Assembly: GCA_020184695.1 (NCBI GenBank)
Contig: JAANOX010000153.1
Span: 806,001 to 870,000 of the forward strand
Direction: 5' to 3'
DNA length: 64,000 nucleotides
Origin: Histomonas meleagridis 2922-C6/04-290x
Lineage: Eukaryota > Protista > Parabasalia
Part shown: piece after piece, positions 52,384 to 63,560 of the stretch
How positions within the stretch are numbered: position 1 is the first letter of the stretch
How the letters are laid out: every line of letters starts with the position of its first letter
Made by a program: the position numbers and the translations under genes
The notes under the pieces: generated by a model
The model's input: only the letters and a program-made list of their open reading frames with translations
Databases searched by the model: none
Told to the model about the DNA's origin: nothing

Positions 52384-54555
52384 TTACTCTATTTCTATGT
52401 CATCGAAGTCGTCTGCCATTGACATCAGCTGCATTATTTCCTTCTTGTCCTCCAAGTTGATCTGTGACTTTGCTATGCAGCTGTTGCTAATTTCGTCCAA
52501 AAACTGCGACGGCTCCAGCGGCTTATTTTTTGCGTATTTGCAGAAGCTGATGAACAGCTTCTGCTTCGCCCTCGTCAGCGCCACGTACGCGATTCTCCTC
52601 TCCTCCTCTAACGTTGTTGCCGAGCCGAAGCCTTCGATTCCGCTTTCTGCTGTCACGCTATCAGACACCGGGAGCACCCCCTGGTTGAATCGCATTATGA
52701 AGCAGATTGGGCTTTCGAGCCCTTTCATTTGGTGTATTGTCGACAAAGTTATAGCGTTTTTCGATGTGTCGCCAGTTATATCGAATGTTATTGAGTTTAT
52801 AAACTTTTTTAAGTTTTCCGCAGTTGAATAAATTTGATTTTGTTCATTCGATTGTAATATATTCCATTGGAAACGTTTTGCTTCTTCGACTAATAGTTCC
52901 ATAGTTTCTTTTTTATCATTTAAGTAATCGTTTAACGCGTCATTAATTTCATCGAATTCGTCAATGATTGTTTCATTATTAGTTTCTATTTCGTTTTTCT
53001 CTTCGTCTAATATATGCGTAGCTTCGATAATCTCTTGTAATGCTGTGTTTACTGCTATGCTTTTATTGATTATATATATTTGTCGATTCATTTTCTCAAG
53101 TAATTTAAGGAATTTTTGTATTCGTTTATAAGTAGTTTTACCAATTTCATTCTCTGTAATTTCTTTCATGATTTGTAATAAGTTTTTCCCTTCTTTAATA
53201 CTTTTGTTTTTAAGTGTTTTAATTACATTTTGTCCAATGTTTCGAAATGGTACATTAATAACTGATTCTACATCATTAGTAATAATTTGATCATTTTCAT
53301 TTTGTGATAACATTTCAACATTATCATATGATAATATTAATCGAACATATGATATCAAATCTCTGACTTCTTTCTTCATGAAGAAGCCAAAGCCTCTTTT
53401 ATGTGTATAAGGAATATTACGTCGAAATAATTCCATTTCAATATCTGTTGCGATTTTACGGACACGAAACATTATAACTATGTCACGATATTGGAATTCA
53501 CTTCCAGGATATACAAGTTTTTCGATTTCAGTACATATCTTATCTGCTTCTGATAATGAATCTTCAGCTTCAATGATACGTATTAAATCGCCAAGTTTTT
53601 GCTTGGAGATTAATGGTGATGAAAAATTATCATCTGAATTATGAACGATTAATGATTGTGCTGCATTTAATATGGTTTGAGTACTTCGATAATTCTTGTT
53701 TAAGATAACTTTGTTGGAATTCGGAAATAACTCTAAAAATGAACTAATGTTCGATGGATTAGCCCCTCGAAATCCATATATCGATTGACGCCAATCTCCA
53801 AATATTGTTATACGTTGGGAATTACCTAATATATATTTGATGATTGTAAAGTTACTAATTGAAGTGTCTTGAAATTCATCAATTAATATGTATTGATATA
53901 TTTTCCGATATTCATATGCAACTCGTGGATATTGTTTAAGTAATTGTTCAGTAAACGACATAAAATCATTAAAATCTATTAATCGATGAAGTTTAAGTTG
54001 ATCTTGATAATAGTGAAGTACAAAGGATAAATCATCTTTGAAATCATCAGGTGATTTAAAAAGTGTCTTGGCACGTCGAACAAAATTAAGCATTTTAATG
54101 GTCATAATACGAAGGACATTTGGATTTTGGGCTGATAAGTTCTTGTTTTTGGATTTTTGTAGAAGTTGAATACATGCATTTTGGACAATTTTTCGTTGTG
54201 TTGATGGATCGGCAACATGAAATGGTTTTTGACCAAAACCAAGAATAAAAGGATTTTCTCGGAGTATTTGAAAACAGAGTTTATGAAATGTCATAGTGGC
54301 AACATTAGATCCACGTGGACCAATAAAAGCACGAAGTCTTTCTCTGATTTCTTCTGTGGATTTCCTTGTGAATGAAATTGCAAGAATGTTATCTGGATTA
54401 ATCCCATTTGTAATCATGTTTGAAATTCGACATATTAAAGTCCGTGTCTTTCCTGAGCCTGCGCCAGCATATACAAATAAAGGCTCTTCAAAAGAGGCAT
54501 GAACTGCTTGAAGTTGTTCCTCATTAAGATCATTGAGGAATGAGTTAAAGGTCAT
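52384..54555 (-). CDS. UvrD/PcrA/Srs2-like superfamily 1A DNA helicase
   Basis: AGAGSGKT, DEFQD, GDWRQSIYGFRGA, NYRST, TIHQMKGLE, EERRIAYVALTRAK. Confidence 0.94.
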   Translation of the reverse strand: MTFNSFLNDLNEEQLQAVHASFEEPLFVYAGAGSGKTRTLICRISNMITNGINPDNILAISFTRKSTEEIRERLRAFIGPRGSNVATMTFHKLCFQILRENPFILGFGQKPFHVADPSTQRKIVQNACIQLLQKSKNKNLSAQNPNVLRIMTIKMLNFVRRAKTLFKSPDDFKDDLSFVLHYYQDQLKLHRLIDFNDFMSFTEQLLKQYPRVAYEYRKIYQYILIDEFQDTSISNFTIIKYILGNSQRITIFGDWRQSIYGFRGANPSNISSFLELFPNSNKVILNKNYRSTQTILNAAQSLIVHNSDDNFSSPLISKQKLGDLIRIIEAEDSLSEADKICTEIEKLVYPGSEFQYRDIVIMFRVRKIATDIEMELFRRNIPYTHKRGFGFFMKKEVRDLISYVRLILSYDNVEMLSQNENDQIITNDVESVINVPFRNIGQNVIKTLKNKSIKEGKNLLQIMKEITENEIGKTTYKRIQKFLKLLEKMNRQIYIINKSIAVNTALQEIIEATHILDEEKNEIETNNETIIDEFDEINDALNDYLNDKKETMELLVEEAKRFQWNILQSNEQNQIYSTAENLKKFINSITFDITGDTSKNAITLSTIHQMKGLESPICFIMRFNQGVLPVSDSVTAESGIEGFGSATTLEEERRIAYVALTRAKQKLFISFCKYAKNKPLEPSQFLDEISNSCIAKSQINLEDKKEIMQLMSMADDFDDIEIE

Positions 54556-54910
54556 TTATTGCTTTTGTGTTTGATGCTGGCGGGATGACCGTTTAAGGAT
54601 GAGTGAACTTCCCTTATGAATAAACGGTTTTTTGACTTTGCTGTGGGGTCATAGGAAAAAGCTCTATCCAACAGAAAAAGAGTAATCTAAAGATTTAAAT
54701 CTTTTTCTTTCGATGTATTTTGAGATAAAATTAATAAGAATTGACTGCAAACCGTTTATGTTCATAATTAAACTGGTTGTAAAAAATTAGCAGCATTTTT
54801 TGATCGGTTTTAATAGAATCACGTTCAAAAAGTCTAACCGATACTACCGATTATTTTCCACCAGTTTAATGTGGATATATGTTTTAATAATTTATAATAT
54901 ATTTTAATAA

Positions 54911-55246
54911 TTTGAAACAGCACTTCATATAGCAGTTAGAAATAATAATATAGAAATAGTAAAATTACTCCTTGAAAAAAGTACAAACGAAAATTCTAAT
55001 ACATATTCCTCTTCTACAAATATCAAATCTTCACTTTCAATAAGAAATAGAAATGAAGCATACATTACTAATAATCAAAATCAACTCGAATATCAAATGT
55101 TCACAGAAAAATCTAGAAAGAAAATTACCAAAACAAAAGTTGATATAAACATACAAGCATATGAAAATCATCAAAATCGCAATATACATTATAACAAATA
55201 TATTGACAAAGCAAAATGTAAATACATAAATACAATAATATTATAA
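54911..55246 (+). pseudogene. Orphan ankyrin-repeat coding block with no start codon
   Basis: After a TAA at 54908-54910 the frame reads FETALHIAVRNNNIEIVKLLLEK...VDINIQAYE... to a TAA at 55244-55246. Not in the ORF track. Confidence 0.7.
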
Positions 55247-55264
55247 AGTGAATTATAAGAAAAA

Positions 55265-55355
55265 CTCCAACAAAAAAAAGTGTTGGCAAAAATAGTAACA
55301 TTTGATAAATTTTCACAATTTAAACGCTGATTCTCCAATCATTGGAGAAGACCTT
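55265..55355 (-). pseudogene. Possible BspA/TpLRR fragment
   Basis: Frameshifted pieces read IGESAFK / CENLSNVTI / PTLFFVGVF, resembling one TpLRR unit. Confidence 0.35.
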
Positions 55356-55669
55356 CGTGATTAAAAAAGTGGCATTTGGAGGGTGCCTCCACAAACGGTT
55401 GTTTGCCAGACACTTTTAAATAACGATAGAATTTTGAATGATCTGACCAACTTGTTCATATGAACTCTGAGTAAAACATAAATTTTTAATGTATTTTTAA
55501 ATTCTTTTACGCTATTAGATGTAAGAAAATTAAAATATGTTATCACTTCTTTGTAATTCATTTTGAATTCTTTATTTAAACTATGTTTTACATTTTAATG
55601 GTTCAATTAAGTTTCATCTTTTTATTTTTCTTGTAATGCTAAATTTTTTAATTTGTGTTTCTTGAAAAA

Positions 55670-56344
55670 TTAATCACATAAAAGACGTGTTTGAATATTC
55701 TCATCATCGTTTGGATTTCTATTTAAAATGATATTTAAAGGAGGAGGTTTAGGATATTTATGAATTTTTTTGAGGCGGAAAGGAATAGGTATAACAGCAA
55801 TGAGAAATGCAATAATAAGAATTAGAAAGAAAAGAGAAATTTCACATGATCTAATAATAATGCAAAACTTATATATATTGTGCGGTGTTTTGCAACGTTC
55901 ATCAAACCATTTTGAAAGCCATGCTTGGTCAGTGAAATTGATATTTGAGCAATTAAAAATTCCATGGTGTTCAAATTCTTGTTGAAAATTTGTAATTAAA
56001 GTACGATGATCTTCAGTTCCATTATTGCACCCACTTTCAAGGCTTGTCGTCAATGCAATGAATCCATTTTTGCAAAATGAATTCTTTGTTTTTTTGAAAA
56101 TTAATACAGACGTAACAAAAGGTGCAATTATTGGGATAAGAATTGGATAAACAAATGACTGGATAGTTAGACTTGGAATATTAGACAGTTGATTTGTTGG
56201 GTCATTCTGAATATAAGGAAAATAAGATTTGATACTTAAGTAATAAACGATAGAATAAACAAAAATAATTAAATGTGATAATACAAAGAGTGTTAATATA
56301 ATAATGAGACCTATTCCATCACAACAGGTATTGATTTTAGCCAT
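55670..56344 (-). CDS. Hypothetical membrane protein (3 clear hydrophobic segments, Cys-containing loop)
   Basis: 224-aa ATG ORF with hydrophobic helices near residues 10-37, 58-82 and 160-187. Confidence 0.7.
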   Translation of the reverse strand: MAKINTCCDGIGLIIILTLFVLSHLIIFVYSIVYYLSIKSYFPYIQNDPTNQLSNIPSLTIQSFVYPILIPIIAPFVTSVLIFKKTKNSFCKNGFIALTTSLESGCNNGTEDHRTLITNFQQEFEHHGIFNCSNINFTDQAWLSKWFDERCKTPHNIYKFCIIIRSCEISLFFLILIIAFLIAVIPIPFRLKKIHKYPKPPPLNIILNRNPNDDENIQTRLLCD

Positions 56345-56404
56345 ATAAAATTTCTAAACGGTCATTTCTAAGAAATAACTTAATTTGCTCTCTAAAGCAT
56401 TTAG

Positions 56405-57346
56405 TTATGCAATTGGTACAATAGCTCCTGAGGCAACACCACACTGGTTATTCTTATCCTTAATCATACGAATATAACCATCTTCACCCCATGTTGTACC
56501 CCAAGAATTTCGAATGATCCAATACTTTTTATCTCCTTCAGCACCAAATCCAACGCAACCAACGCCATGGTTAAGCAATGTGGATGAACATTGTGGATCA
56601 TCATAAATTCCCCTTTTATAAAGTTGAAAACTTGCGAGTGAGGCATCTATTCCACAACAAACTGGTCCGTGGTTTGAAAGCTTAGCTTGAAGGTCTGCTT
56701 CATCAGCTTGAGCTATACTAACATAGCTTGAAATCGAGCCAGTTGCTAATGAAGAATTGAATTTACATGCGTTTTGAAATTCCTCATATGGATAATCATC
56801 TTCAAGCATAAATTTACCACTTTGGCTATTAATAACATAATCAAGTGCATAGGTCATTAAACCACCATCACATCCAAAACATGTGCTGACGCAATCAACT
56901 AAGTTTTGCTCTGAAAACTTATGAAGAGTTCCACACTTAATGAAGTAAGCGCTTTCTGCTCCTTGAATTGCGGAAAATGCCCAACATGAACCACATTGTC
57001 CTTGATCTCTAACTGAATTAACAGCTCCCTTTGTACGCCAATCAATAGAATCAACGGGCTTATAATTGGATTTCAATGCTTTTCTTGTAACAACCTCAGG
57101 GATATAACCAAGAAGTGCCTTATATTCCATTGGTGTATGTGCTGAAAATTTGTTCATGCAAAGCTTGAATGAACTAACTTTGTTATGCTCTTGAACAAGA
57201 CGACGATTTGACATCCAAATACCTAAACGCATATCATAATCTTTTCCAACAAACATTTGATTTGTTGATTTCATCCAACTGACAAAGGATTTTTCTTCAT
57301 AAGGAAGATAATATGAGAATATATTTGTAACAAGTATGATGAACAT
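56405..57346 (-). CDS. Cathepsin L-like cysteine peptidase (clan CA, family C1A) with I29 prodomain
   Basis: QGQCGSCWAFS (catalytic Cys), NHGV (His), NSWG (Asn); prodomain with a degenerate ERFNIN-like segment and NKFS. Confidence 0.96.
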   Translation of the reverse strand: MFIILVTNIFSYYLPYEEKSFVSWMKSTNQMFVGKDYDMRLGIWMSNRRLVQEHNKVSSFKLCMNKFSAHTPMEYKALLGYIPEVVTRKALKSNYKPVDSIDWRTKGAVNSVRDQGQCGSCWAFSAIQGAESAYFIKCGTLHKFSEQNLVDCVSTCFGCDGGLMTYALDYVINSQSGKFMLEDDYPYEEFQNACKFNSSLATGSISSYVSIAQADEADLQAKLSNHGPVCCGIDASLASFQLYKRGIYDDPQCSSTLLNHGVGCVGFGAEGDKKYWIIRNSWGTTWGEDGYIRMIKDKNNQCGVASGAIVPIA

Positions 57347-57472
57347 TATAGTGAAGCTAAAAAAATTAGTCTTTATTCTTGTCTATAATTATTTTACGAA
57401 TGGTAAAGAATGCAAGACGAATGTTTTAAATTGAGAGAGGAAATGTACTCTAATGAAATTTGATAGTTATGC

Positions 57473-57588
57473 TGATATTCCAAAAATCCGTGTACAGCCG
57501 ATAGGAAAATCTATTAACGATATTTGATTTTCAGAACAATGCGATTTACTGCTTTGAATTCTCTATACACGGATTTTTGAAAATATCA
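57473..57588. repeat. Inverted repeat (14-bp perfect core), hairpin- or MITE-like
   Basis: CAAAAATCCGTGTA at 57481-57494 and TACACGGATTTTTG at 57566-57579; extends outward via TGATATT with a small mismatch or indel. Confidence 0.6.
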
Positions 57589-59095
57589 TGTCCAACAAAA
57601 TTTCGAACCAATGTGGTTTCGCGCTATCGTCAACCAAAATAAAAAATAAAATATTTTTTGAAATCATTATATTTTAGAAATCAAACTACGAATAATTTCA
57701 TTCAAATTTTGGGAAGAAGCATTGTTTGAATCTAAATATGAAGAATTTCTTTTTTTAACTCATCAGGAAAAAAATTTATAGGGTTTATCTTCGGAGAAAA
57801 CAAACTCCTATTTCTATCAAATCAGGCGAAAATTATTTTGTAAATATAGAAACCAAAACATTTTCTGTATTAGTTCCAAATGTATAAAATCATATTCAAC
57901 GAACATAAATTATCAATCGATTTATTAGAATCAATAATAAAATATTCTGTTGATCATTTTGATAATCAAAATTTCAAAACTTTTTCTTCAATATTTCAGT
58001 CATTTTTTAACTTACAACAAAAATGATATCAAAAGCATTTGAATTATTTGATATTATTAAATATTTTTAACATTTGATACACTTTCAGTTAGACCGAAAT
58101 CGAAATAGCCAAAAATTGTTTTACACATTTTGTGTGCTGATATTAGTTTAGATATGGAATTCGTCAATATAGCTTTGATTTGAAATTATTATCATAATTA
58201 AAATATATTTAACAAAAGTTTTTGAGTTTTCTAATTATATTACAAAAATATTTTATTGTGATTCATCAAAATATATACAAATGATTTTAGATTTAATGAA
58301 TTAATATATGAAAATTTGGAATTTGTTGATAAGATTCATTGGTGTATTACCCATTAATTTCTTTTTTTTTTTTTTTTAATTTGATAGTTTACCTTCTTTT
58401 TGTTATTATAAAGTTAAAACTATAATTACAAATGAAATAATTTCTTAAATGATAAAACTGTAATTTTTTTTAAGAATAATTTCTGAAACAATTGATACAT
58501 TTTTTGATATCTTTATTTAAACTAAAGATTATTGCATATCATAGTCAATTTATATTCGAATCTTTGCATCATAGACATGATCAAAACAATTCAGCTTCTA
58601 AAATCGAAATCTATATAACATGGTTAATATCAATTTTGTCTGATTTTGATGTGAAAAATATGCAAAGAAGTGCATCAGTGCCATTATTTCATTATCATTA
58701 TTACGATTACAAATAAATGATAAAAAAACCAAAAGAAAAATATTAACACAATAATGTCTTAAAAACCAGGATTAAAACACAGTGCAACTATTCCTAAAAT
58801 AAAGAATGCAGATAACCACATGAACATTATACTTTTACGCCAGCAAAATGAAATTGACAAAGGTAATAATGTAAATAATAATTTAGTTGGTGGAGTGCAT
58901 AATGAAACATGACAATCAAATTTAAGGTGTGACAATTTAAATAAAAAAAATATTCAGAATTACCAGTGTTGCGAAAGCAAATGATCAAACCAATCACCCA
59001 AAGTAAGGCGATACCAAAATTGCACATATAATGATCTTTTACATTATCATCTATTTTTCTATCGTTGTAAACGGCCACCAAAAAACGTACAAAAG

Positions 59096-60439
59096 ATGGA
59101 AAGATTGAAACATCCAATTCCCTATAATTCAAAGCCAATCAAAGTCCATCAAACTACACGTAAAATTGTTAACCAAAAACAAGGTGTTACAGTTCCAATT
59201 GAGAAACATGCGTGGATATCAAGTGGAAAATTAAAAAACATTGAAAGAGGATTACCAATAATGTCTGAAAACCAGATAAACCAGCTTTATGAAAAAATGG
59301 CAGCTTTAGATAAACGAGCAAAATCAATCGAAGATGAATTAAATGATAATGTAAATAATCTAGCAAATGATCAAATAACATACATATTCCCACAGACAGA
59401 AACAAATCCAAAGCCTGTGCGATCAAGGACCAGTAATTCCACGAGATTTCAAAAAACAGGAATCTTTGGGAATATTCAATCAGATGACATTATTGATTCC
59501 ATCGGCAAAATTCACATTAAATCAGTACGTCCTAAAACCTGTCAACCCAAACCCATTGTTCAACCACGTACGAAACGAAGTTCATCATATGTTCCAAGTA
59601 CAGATCTTATTCATAAACAAATCAAAAGAGTATTTCAAAGCGGAACGCCATTTACTAACATTGATAATGAAGATGATTTCCCTCTAAATGGTCTTGAAAA
59701 TCCAGAAAATTCTGATCGATCACTTACAATTGACTCCGAAGAGAATAATTCCGACAAGATCGAAACAGAATATCCATCTATGCTCATTGATTCCAGTAAA
59801 TATGATATAATTTGGACCAAACATAAAGTTCCATTCACACGCGAAGAAGTTAATCATTTAAACGCGTGGAAAAGTCAATTACAAAAGCCGATAATCGAAA
59901 AAGAACTTCAAAACCAAAAAATTATTTCTGATCGAGAGAAATATATTAAAAAAACATTCGAATCGAAAGCGGCGTTTCAACGACAATTAGAATTATTGGA
60001 AAGTGATTGCGAAAGGATTGCGACAATAGGACCTGGAAAATCAAAAGGAAGAAGACATTCGAATTGGGAAATATCTTCTAAAAAAGCAAAAACAGATTCT
60101 TCTTCATTGCCTTCAAGAAAAATGCAATGGAACGAATTCGTAAAGTTTGTACAAGAAAATGGTTACGTGAAATCTGAGCAACAAAAGAAATTCTGTTTGA
60201 ACTATAGAAATGAATTGATGAAAGGAAACGAAATTGGGAAGAAAATGTTTTGGAAAATAATTTATGAAACTGATGAAATGGATTTCACAAGAATCGAAGT
60301 GTTAATATGCGTGGAATTTATTCGAAAGAAAATGAAAGTGAAAAAAGAAGAATTTTTGGAATATTTGGAAACTATACATATCCCGGATTACTTTTATTTG
60401 CAAGCTATAAATGAATTAGAAAACAGAAATTGTTTGTAA
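59096..60439 (+). CDS. Hypothetical protein (447 aa)
   Basis: Long ATG ORF with a disordered N-half and a helical C-terminal domain; family not recognised. Confidence 0.8.
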   Translation: MERLKHPIPYNSKPIKVHQTTRKIVNQKQGVTVPIEKHAWISSGKLKNIERGLPIMSENQINQLYEKMAALDKRAKSIEDELNDNVNNLANDQITYIFPQTETNPKPVRSRTSNSTRFQKTGIFGNIQSDDIIDSIGKIHIKSVRPKTCQPKPIVQPRTKRSSSYVPSTDLIHKQIKRVFQSGTPFTNIDNEDDFPLNGLENPENSDRSLTIDSEENNSDKIETEYPSMLIDSSKYDIIWTKHKVPFTREEVNHLNAWKSQLQKPIIEKELQNQKIISDREKYIKKTFESKAAFQRQLELLESDCERIATIGPGKSKGRRHSNWEISSKKAKTDSSSLPSRKMQWNEFVKFVQENGYVKSEQQKKFCLNYRNELMKGNEIGKKMFWKIIYETDEMDFTRIEVLICVEFIRKKMKVKKEEFLEYLETIHIPDYFYLQAINELENRNCL

Positions 60440-60615
60440 AATATATTTTGTATTATCTTTTTCTTTACAAAGATTAACATCATTTTCAAATTTTAAAGTG
60501 GCTGCATAAAAATTTCCCAAACAATACAGTTTTTGAATATAAATCATCTTATTTTTTCATTCATTTATTCGATTTTAATTAAATTTTATATGAAAATCAA
60601 AACTATTAAATGAAT

Positions 60616-60687
60616 TCCGATATCGTTCATCGGTTAGGATATGTGGTTTTCATCCACGGGAGCGGGGTTCGACTCCCCGTATCGGAA
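60616..60687 (+). tRNA. tRNA-Glu: tRNA-Glu (anticodon UUC)
   Basis: Acceptor stem TCCGATA/TATCGGA + A; anticodon arm TGTGG-TTTTCAT-CCACG; T-arm CGGGG-TTCGACT-CCCCG; downstream T-run. Confidence 0.95.
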
Positions 60688-60780
60688 TAAATTTTTTCTT
60701 TTTTTCTAACAAAAATTTTTTTATCAATTTTTACTAACATAATAATTAAAAATTAATTTGTTTTGTTATTTTCATAAAAT

Positions 60781-63453
60781 TTATTTTTTCAACTTTTCAA
60801 CCAACAAATTATGAAAGCCATTAATTTGCTTCAAGATAATTTCCTTTTCAGGCAAATTTATTTTCAATGATATATTAATCAGCGATTGTAACAACTTATG
60901 ATACATTTGATAGAACAAAATTCCGTCGAAAGAGAACTTCGCCAATAACATATTAAACAAATCATTAATAATTTCATCGATGAAACATTTCAATTTTTTA
61001 TCATTAAATTCTTTTTCTAATTTATCAATGAATTCCATTAAAAATTTTTCGTTTTGTTGTTCTTTAATTAAAACGATTTCATAAATTTTCGAATATTTAG
61101 CGAATTCATTACAATCGAAATTCTTCTTATTAATATTTAACGGAATTAATTCCGAATTCGAATTATAAATCTCAACGAATCTTTCAGATGTTAAATCGAT
61201 TCTTAAATTATTTGGTGTTTTACTACTTTGATATAATGAATCGATTTCATTTTCATTAATATTATTAATTAATTTCTTAACAAATATTCGAAATTCGTCG
61301 AAATTCATTTTCGGAATTATATTATAAAATGAAAATAATTTTCGTAATTTTAATATTTTCGTTTCGATTTTTTGGTTTAACGCGATTTCAATCACTTTCA
61401 TCATTTTAATATTTGCAAATTCATTTCGTTTATCGACATATAATTCACATCTTTTCGTTAATATATTTATTAATTCCGATTTCATTTTGGGGAAAAAACA
61501 TTTAAAAAACTCAAAAACTTGTGAAACTGTTAAAAATGTATCAACGAAATACGAATCGAATTCCACATGTTGTATAGGTATAGATATACCTCTTTCAAGT
61601 AAATATTTCCTTGCGTTCAAGAAGAAAGTCAATTGTTTCACATTATAAATCTCATCCAAAAATTTAACAAACAAATTAACTTCTAAAAATGATTTCATAT
61701 AATAATGCGATGTAATGTATATGTCCCAACATCCTTTTTGTATTAAGTCAGGTTTACCAAATTGGCGAAAAGCCCATTTTAATAAGTATTCGGGTAATTC
61801 CATTATTTTATTGTCAGTGGATTTGTCATCAATTGTCTTTTCGTCAAAGATATTACGGATAGAATGTATGAGCCAATCAAATGAACGCGGCTTACGCGTT
61901 GAGTAATCTGTTGTTAATAATGTGATGAAACGTGAGTGATTAATGTATTGGCGTAAATTTTTCGGCGATTTAATTTGAAGTTTTTCTTTTTTGGTTTCGA
62001 TTTTAGTTGGTTTAAGTTGTATAAAATCATTTGTTTCTGTTTGAGTTGATTTCTCATTATATTTTTTGGATTGAAGTGAATTTTGCATAATTTTGTTCAT
62101 TAGATATTGTGAATATAATTTAATTTGTTCTTTGTTTTGTTTGTTTATGTGAAAATTACCTTGATATGATTTTGATATTGAATCTAAACTATGATCAAAT
62201 TTATTATTATTACGTGATATAGTTTGATATATTAAATTTAGTTCTTGAAGATTATTAATTATTATCGGTTCATCATTTTTGAGATTAAATAAGTTTTGAA
62301 TCGATCGCATGTCACTTTTGGTCTGCGTAAAGTTCTCAATTGTTTTGGTTAATTCAATTTCGTCGGTTTGTATTAAATTACATTGAATTTCGATCGAACT
62401 TTTTGATTGAATTAACTTTTTGTATTTTTGGAGGTTTTTCTTTTGTTCATTTGTTTCTTCTTTAGTTTTGTTTAAGAGATTTTTGATTTCATTGTTGCTT
62501 TGTTGTATTTCTTTTATTTCTTGCTCTATTTTATTTAAGTTATTCATTTTTTCTTCAATGTCTTTTGATAACGAATCAATTAATTGTTGAATAAATTTCT
62601 TTTGTTGCTTCTTATTTTGGATTTCTTCGTCAAGTTCATCAAGTTCCTTTTGATTTGCTTTCGAATTATTACGTAAAAATGCTTTTTCATTTGTTGCTTC
62701 ACGAAATTGTAATTCTGAATCAGAACATTTTTGTTTCATTTCTTCGACTCTTTTAGTTAAATCCTTAATTGATTTGTTTAGTTGGTCGATTTCTAATAGT
62801 ATTTTATCTCTGTTTTGTTTTAGCGAATGTTTTCTTTTTAATTGTGTTTCAAGTAATGAATTAAATTCTGAAATTTGAGGTTGATATTTGGTTTCTACAG
62901 ATGTTATTTCATTAGAAATTTGTTTATAGAATGAGGAAACTCTATTAAGTAATGATGAACGCTCTGGTGATATTTCATTATCTTTTGTGATAAATTCATC
63001 AAGTGTTTGTTGATATGTAGGTAACTCATTTAATATAGATCTAGTTTTGGAATCAATGACTTCAAGTTTATCTGAGTGAATCTCTTTGGGATTAAATGTT
63101 TTTAAATTTGATAATTTATTTTTTAATTCTAAAGATGTAACTCGACGCTTTGAAACCCAGCGTTTTCCTGATGGTTGAAAAATATTAATAAAATTTGGGT
63201 TTTCTAAGGATTGATTAATTGTAAAATCATCTTTAGGTTTTGATTTAGAATCTCTAAGATGTGAGATATCATAAGAAGACCCAAAATTCATAAATAACGA
63301 ATGGTATGATCCTGAAGTTTTTGGTTGTTTTCTTGGAATAATTTCACGAGGATAAATTAATTTTTTTCTACTATGTAAAATTGTATCTTCTATTGAAGTG
63401 TATGGTATATCTCTTATTTTCTCTATGGATGAATCAAAATCATTTTGATTCAT
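60781..63453 (-). CDS. Coiled-coil protein with a conserved helical C-terminal domain (weakly TSNAXIP1/flagellar-like)
   Basis: Central coiled coil (about aa 200-350); segment LPEYLLKWAFRQFG...EVNLFVKFLDE.Y...LTFFLNAR. First ATG 63453. Confidence 0.8.
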   Translation of the reverse strand: MNQNDFDSSIEKIRDIPYTSIEDTILHSRKKLIYPREIIPRKQPKTSGSYHSLFMNFGSSYDISHLRDSKSKPKDDFTINQSLENPNFINIFQPSGKRWVSKRRVTSLELKNKLSNLKTFNPKEIHSDKLEVIDSKTRSILNELPTYQQTLDEFITKDNEISPERSSLLNRVSSFYKQISNEITSVETKYQPQISEFNSLLETQLKRKHSLKQNRDKILLEIDQLNKSIKDLTKRVEEMKQKCSDSELQFREATNEKAFLRNNSKANQKELDELDEEIQNKKQQKKFIQQLIDSLSKDIEEKMNNLNKIEQEIKEIQQSNNEIKNLLNKTKEETNEQKKNLQKYKKLIQSKSSIEIQCNLIQTDEIELTKTIENFTQTKSDMRSIQNLFNLKNDEPIIINNLQELNLIYQTISRNNNKFDHSLDSISKSYQGNFHINKQNKEQIKLYSQYLMNKIMQNSLQSKKYNEKSTQTETNDFIQLKPTKIETKKEKLQIKSPKNLRQYINHSRFITLLTTDYSTRKPRSFDWLIHSIRNIFDEKTIDDKSTDNKIMELPEYLLKWAFRQFGKPDLIQKGCWDIYITSHYYMKSFLEVNLFVKFLDEIYNVKQLTFFLNARKYLLERGISIPIQHVEFDSYFVDTFLTVSQVFEFFKCFFPKMKSELINILTKRCELYVDKRNEFANIKMMKVIEIALNQKIETKILKLRKLFSFYNIIPKMNFDEFRIFVKKLINNINENEIDSLYQSSKTPNNLRIDLTSERFVEIYNSNSELIPLNINKKNFDCNEFAKYSKIYEIVLIKEQQNEKFLMEFIDKLEKEFNDKKLKCFIDEIINDLFNMLLAKFSFDGILFYQMYHKLLQSLINISLKINLPEKEIILKQINGFHNLLVEKLKK

Positions 63454-63560
63454 TTGCAAAGAAAATCGGAAATTTATTCGTTAATTATTTGTGTTGAAAA
63501 CGATTATTTTTGATTGAAAACGAAACACATCAAAAAATCAAAAATTTAAAATAAATTTAT

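Noticed and set aside
14776-54555. Clustering of DNA replication/repair genes (Orc1, SYCP2-like, RFC4, UvrD)
   Set aside because: They are spread over 40 kb among unrelated genes; there is no evidence of a functional cluster.
58490-59138. Hydrophobic minus-strand ORF fragments suggesting a broken membrane-protein gene
   Set aside because: T-rich DNA readily yields hydrophobic translations, the ORF overlaps the start of the plus-strand gene, and no family motif is visible.
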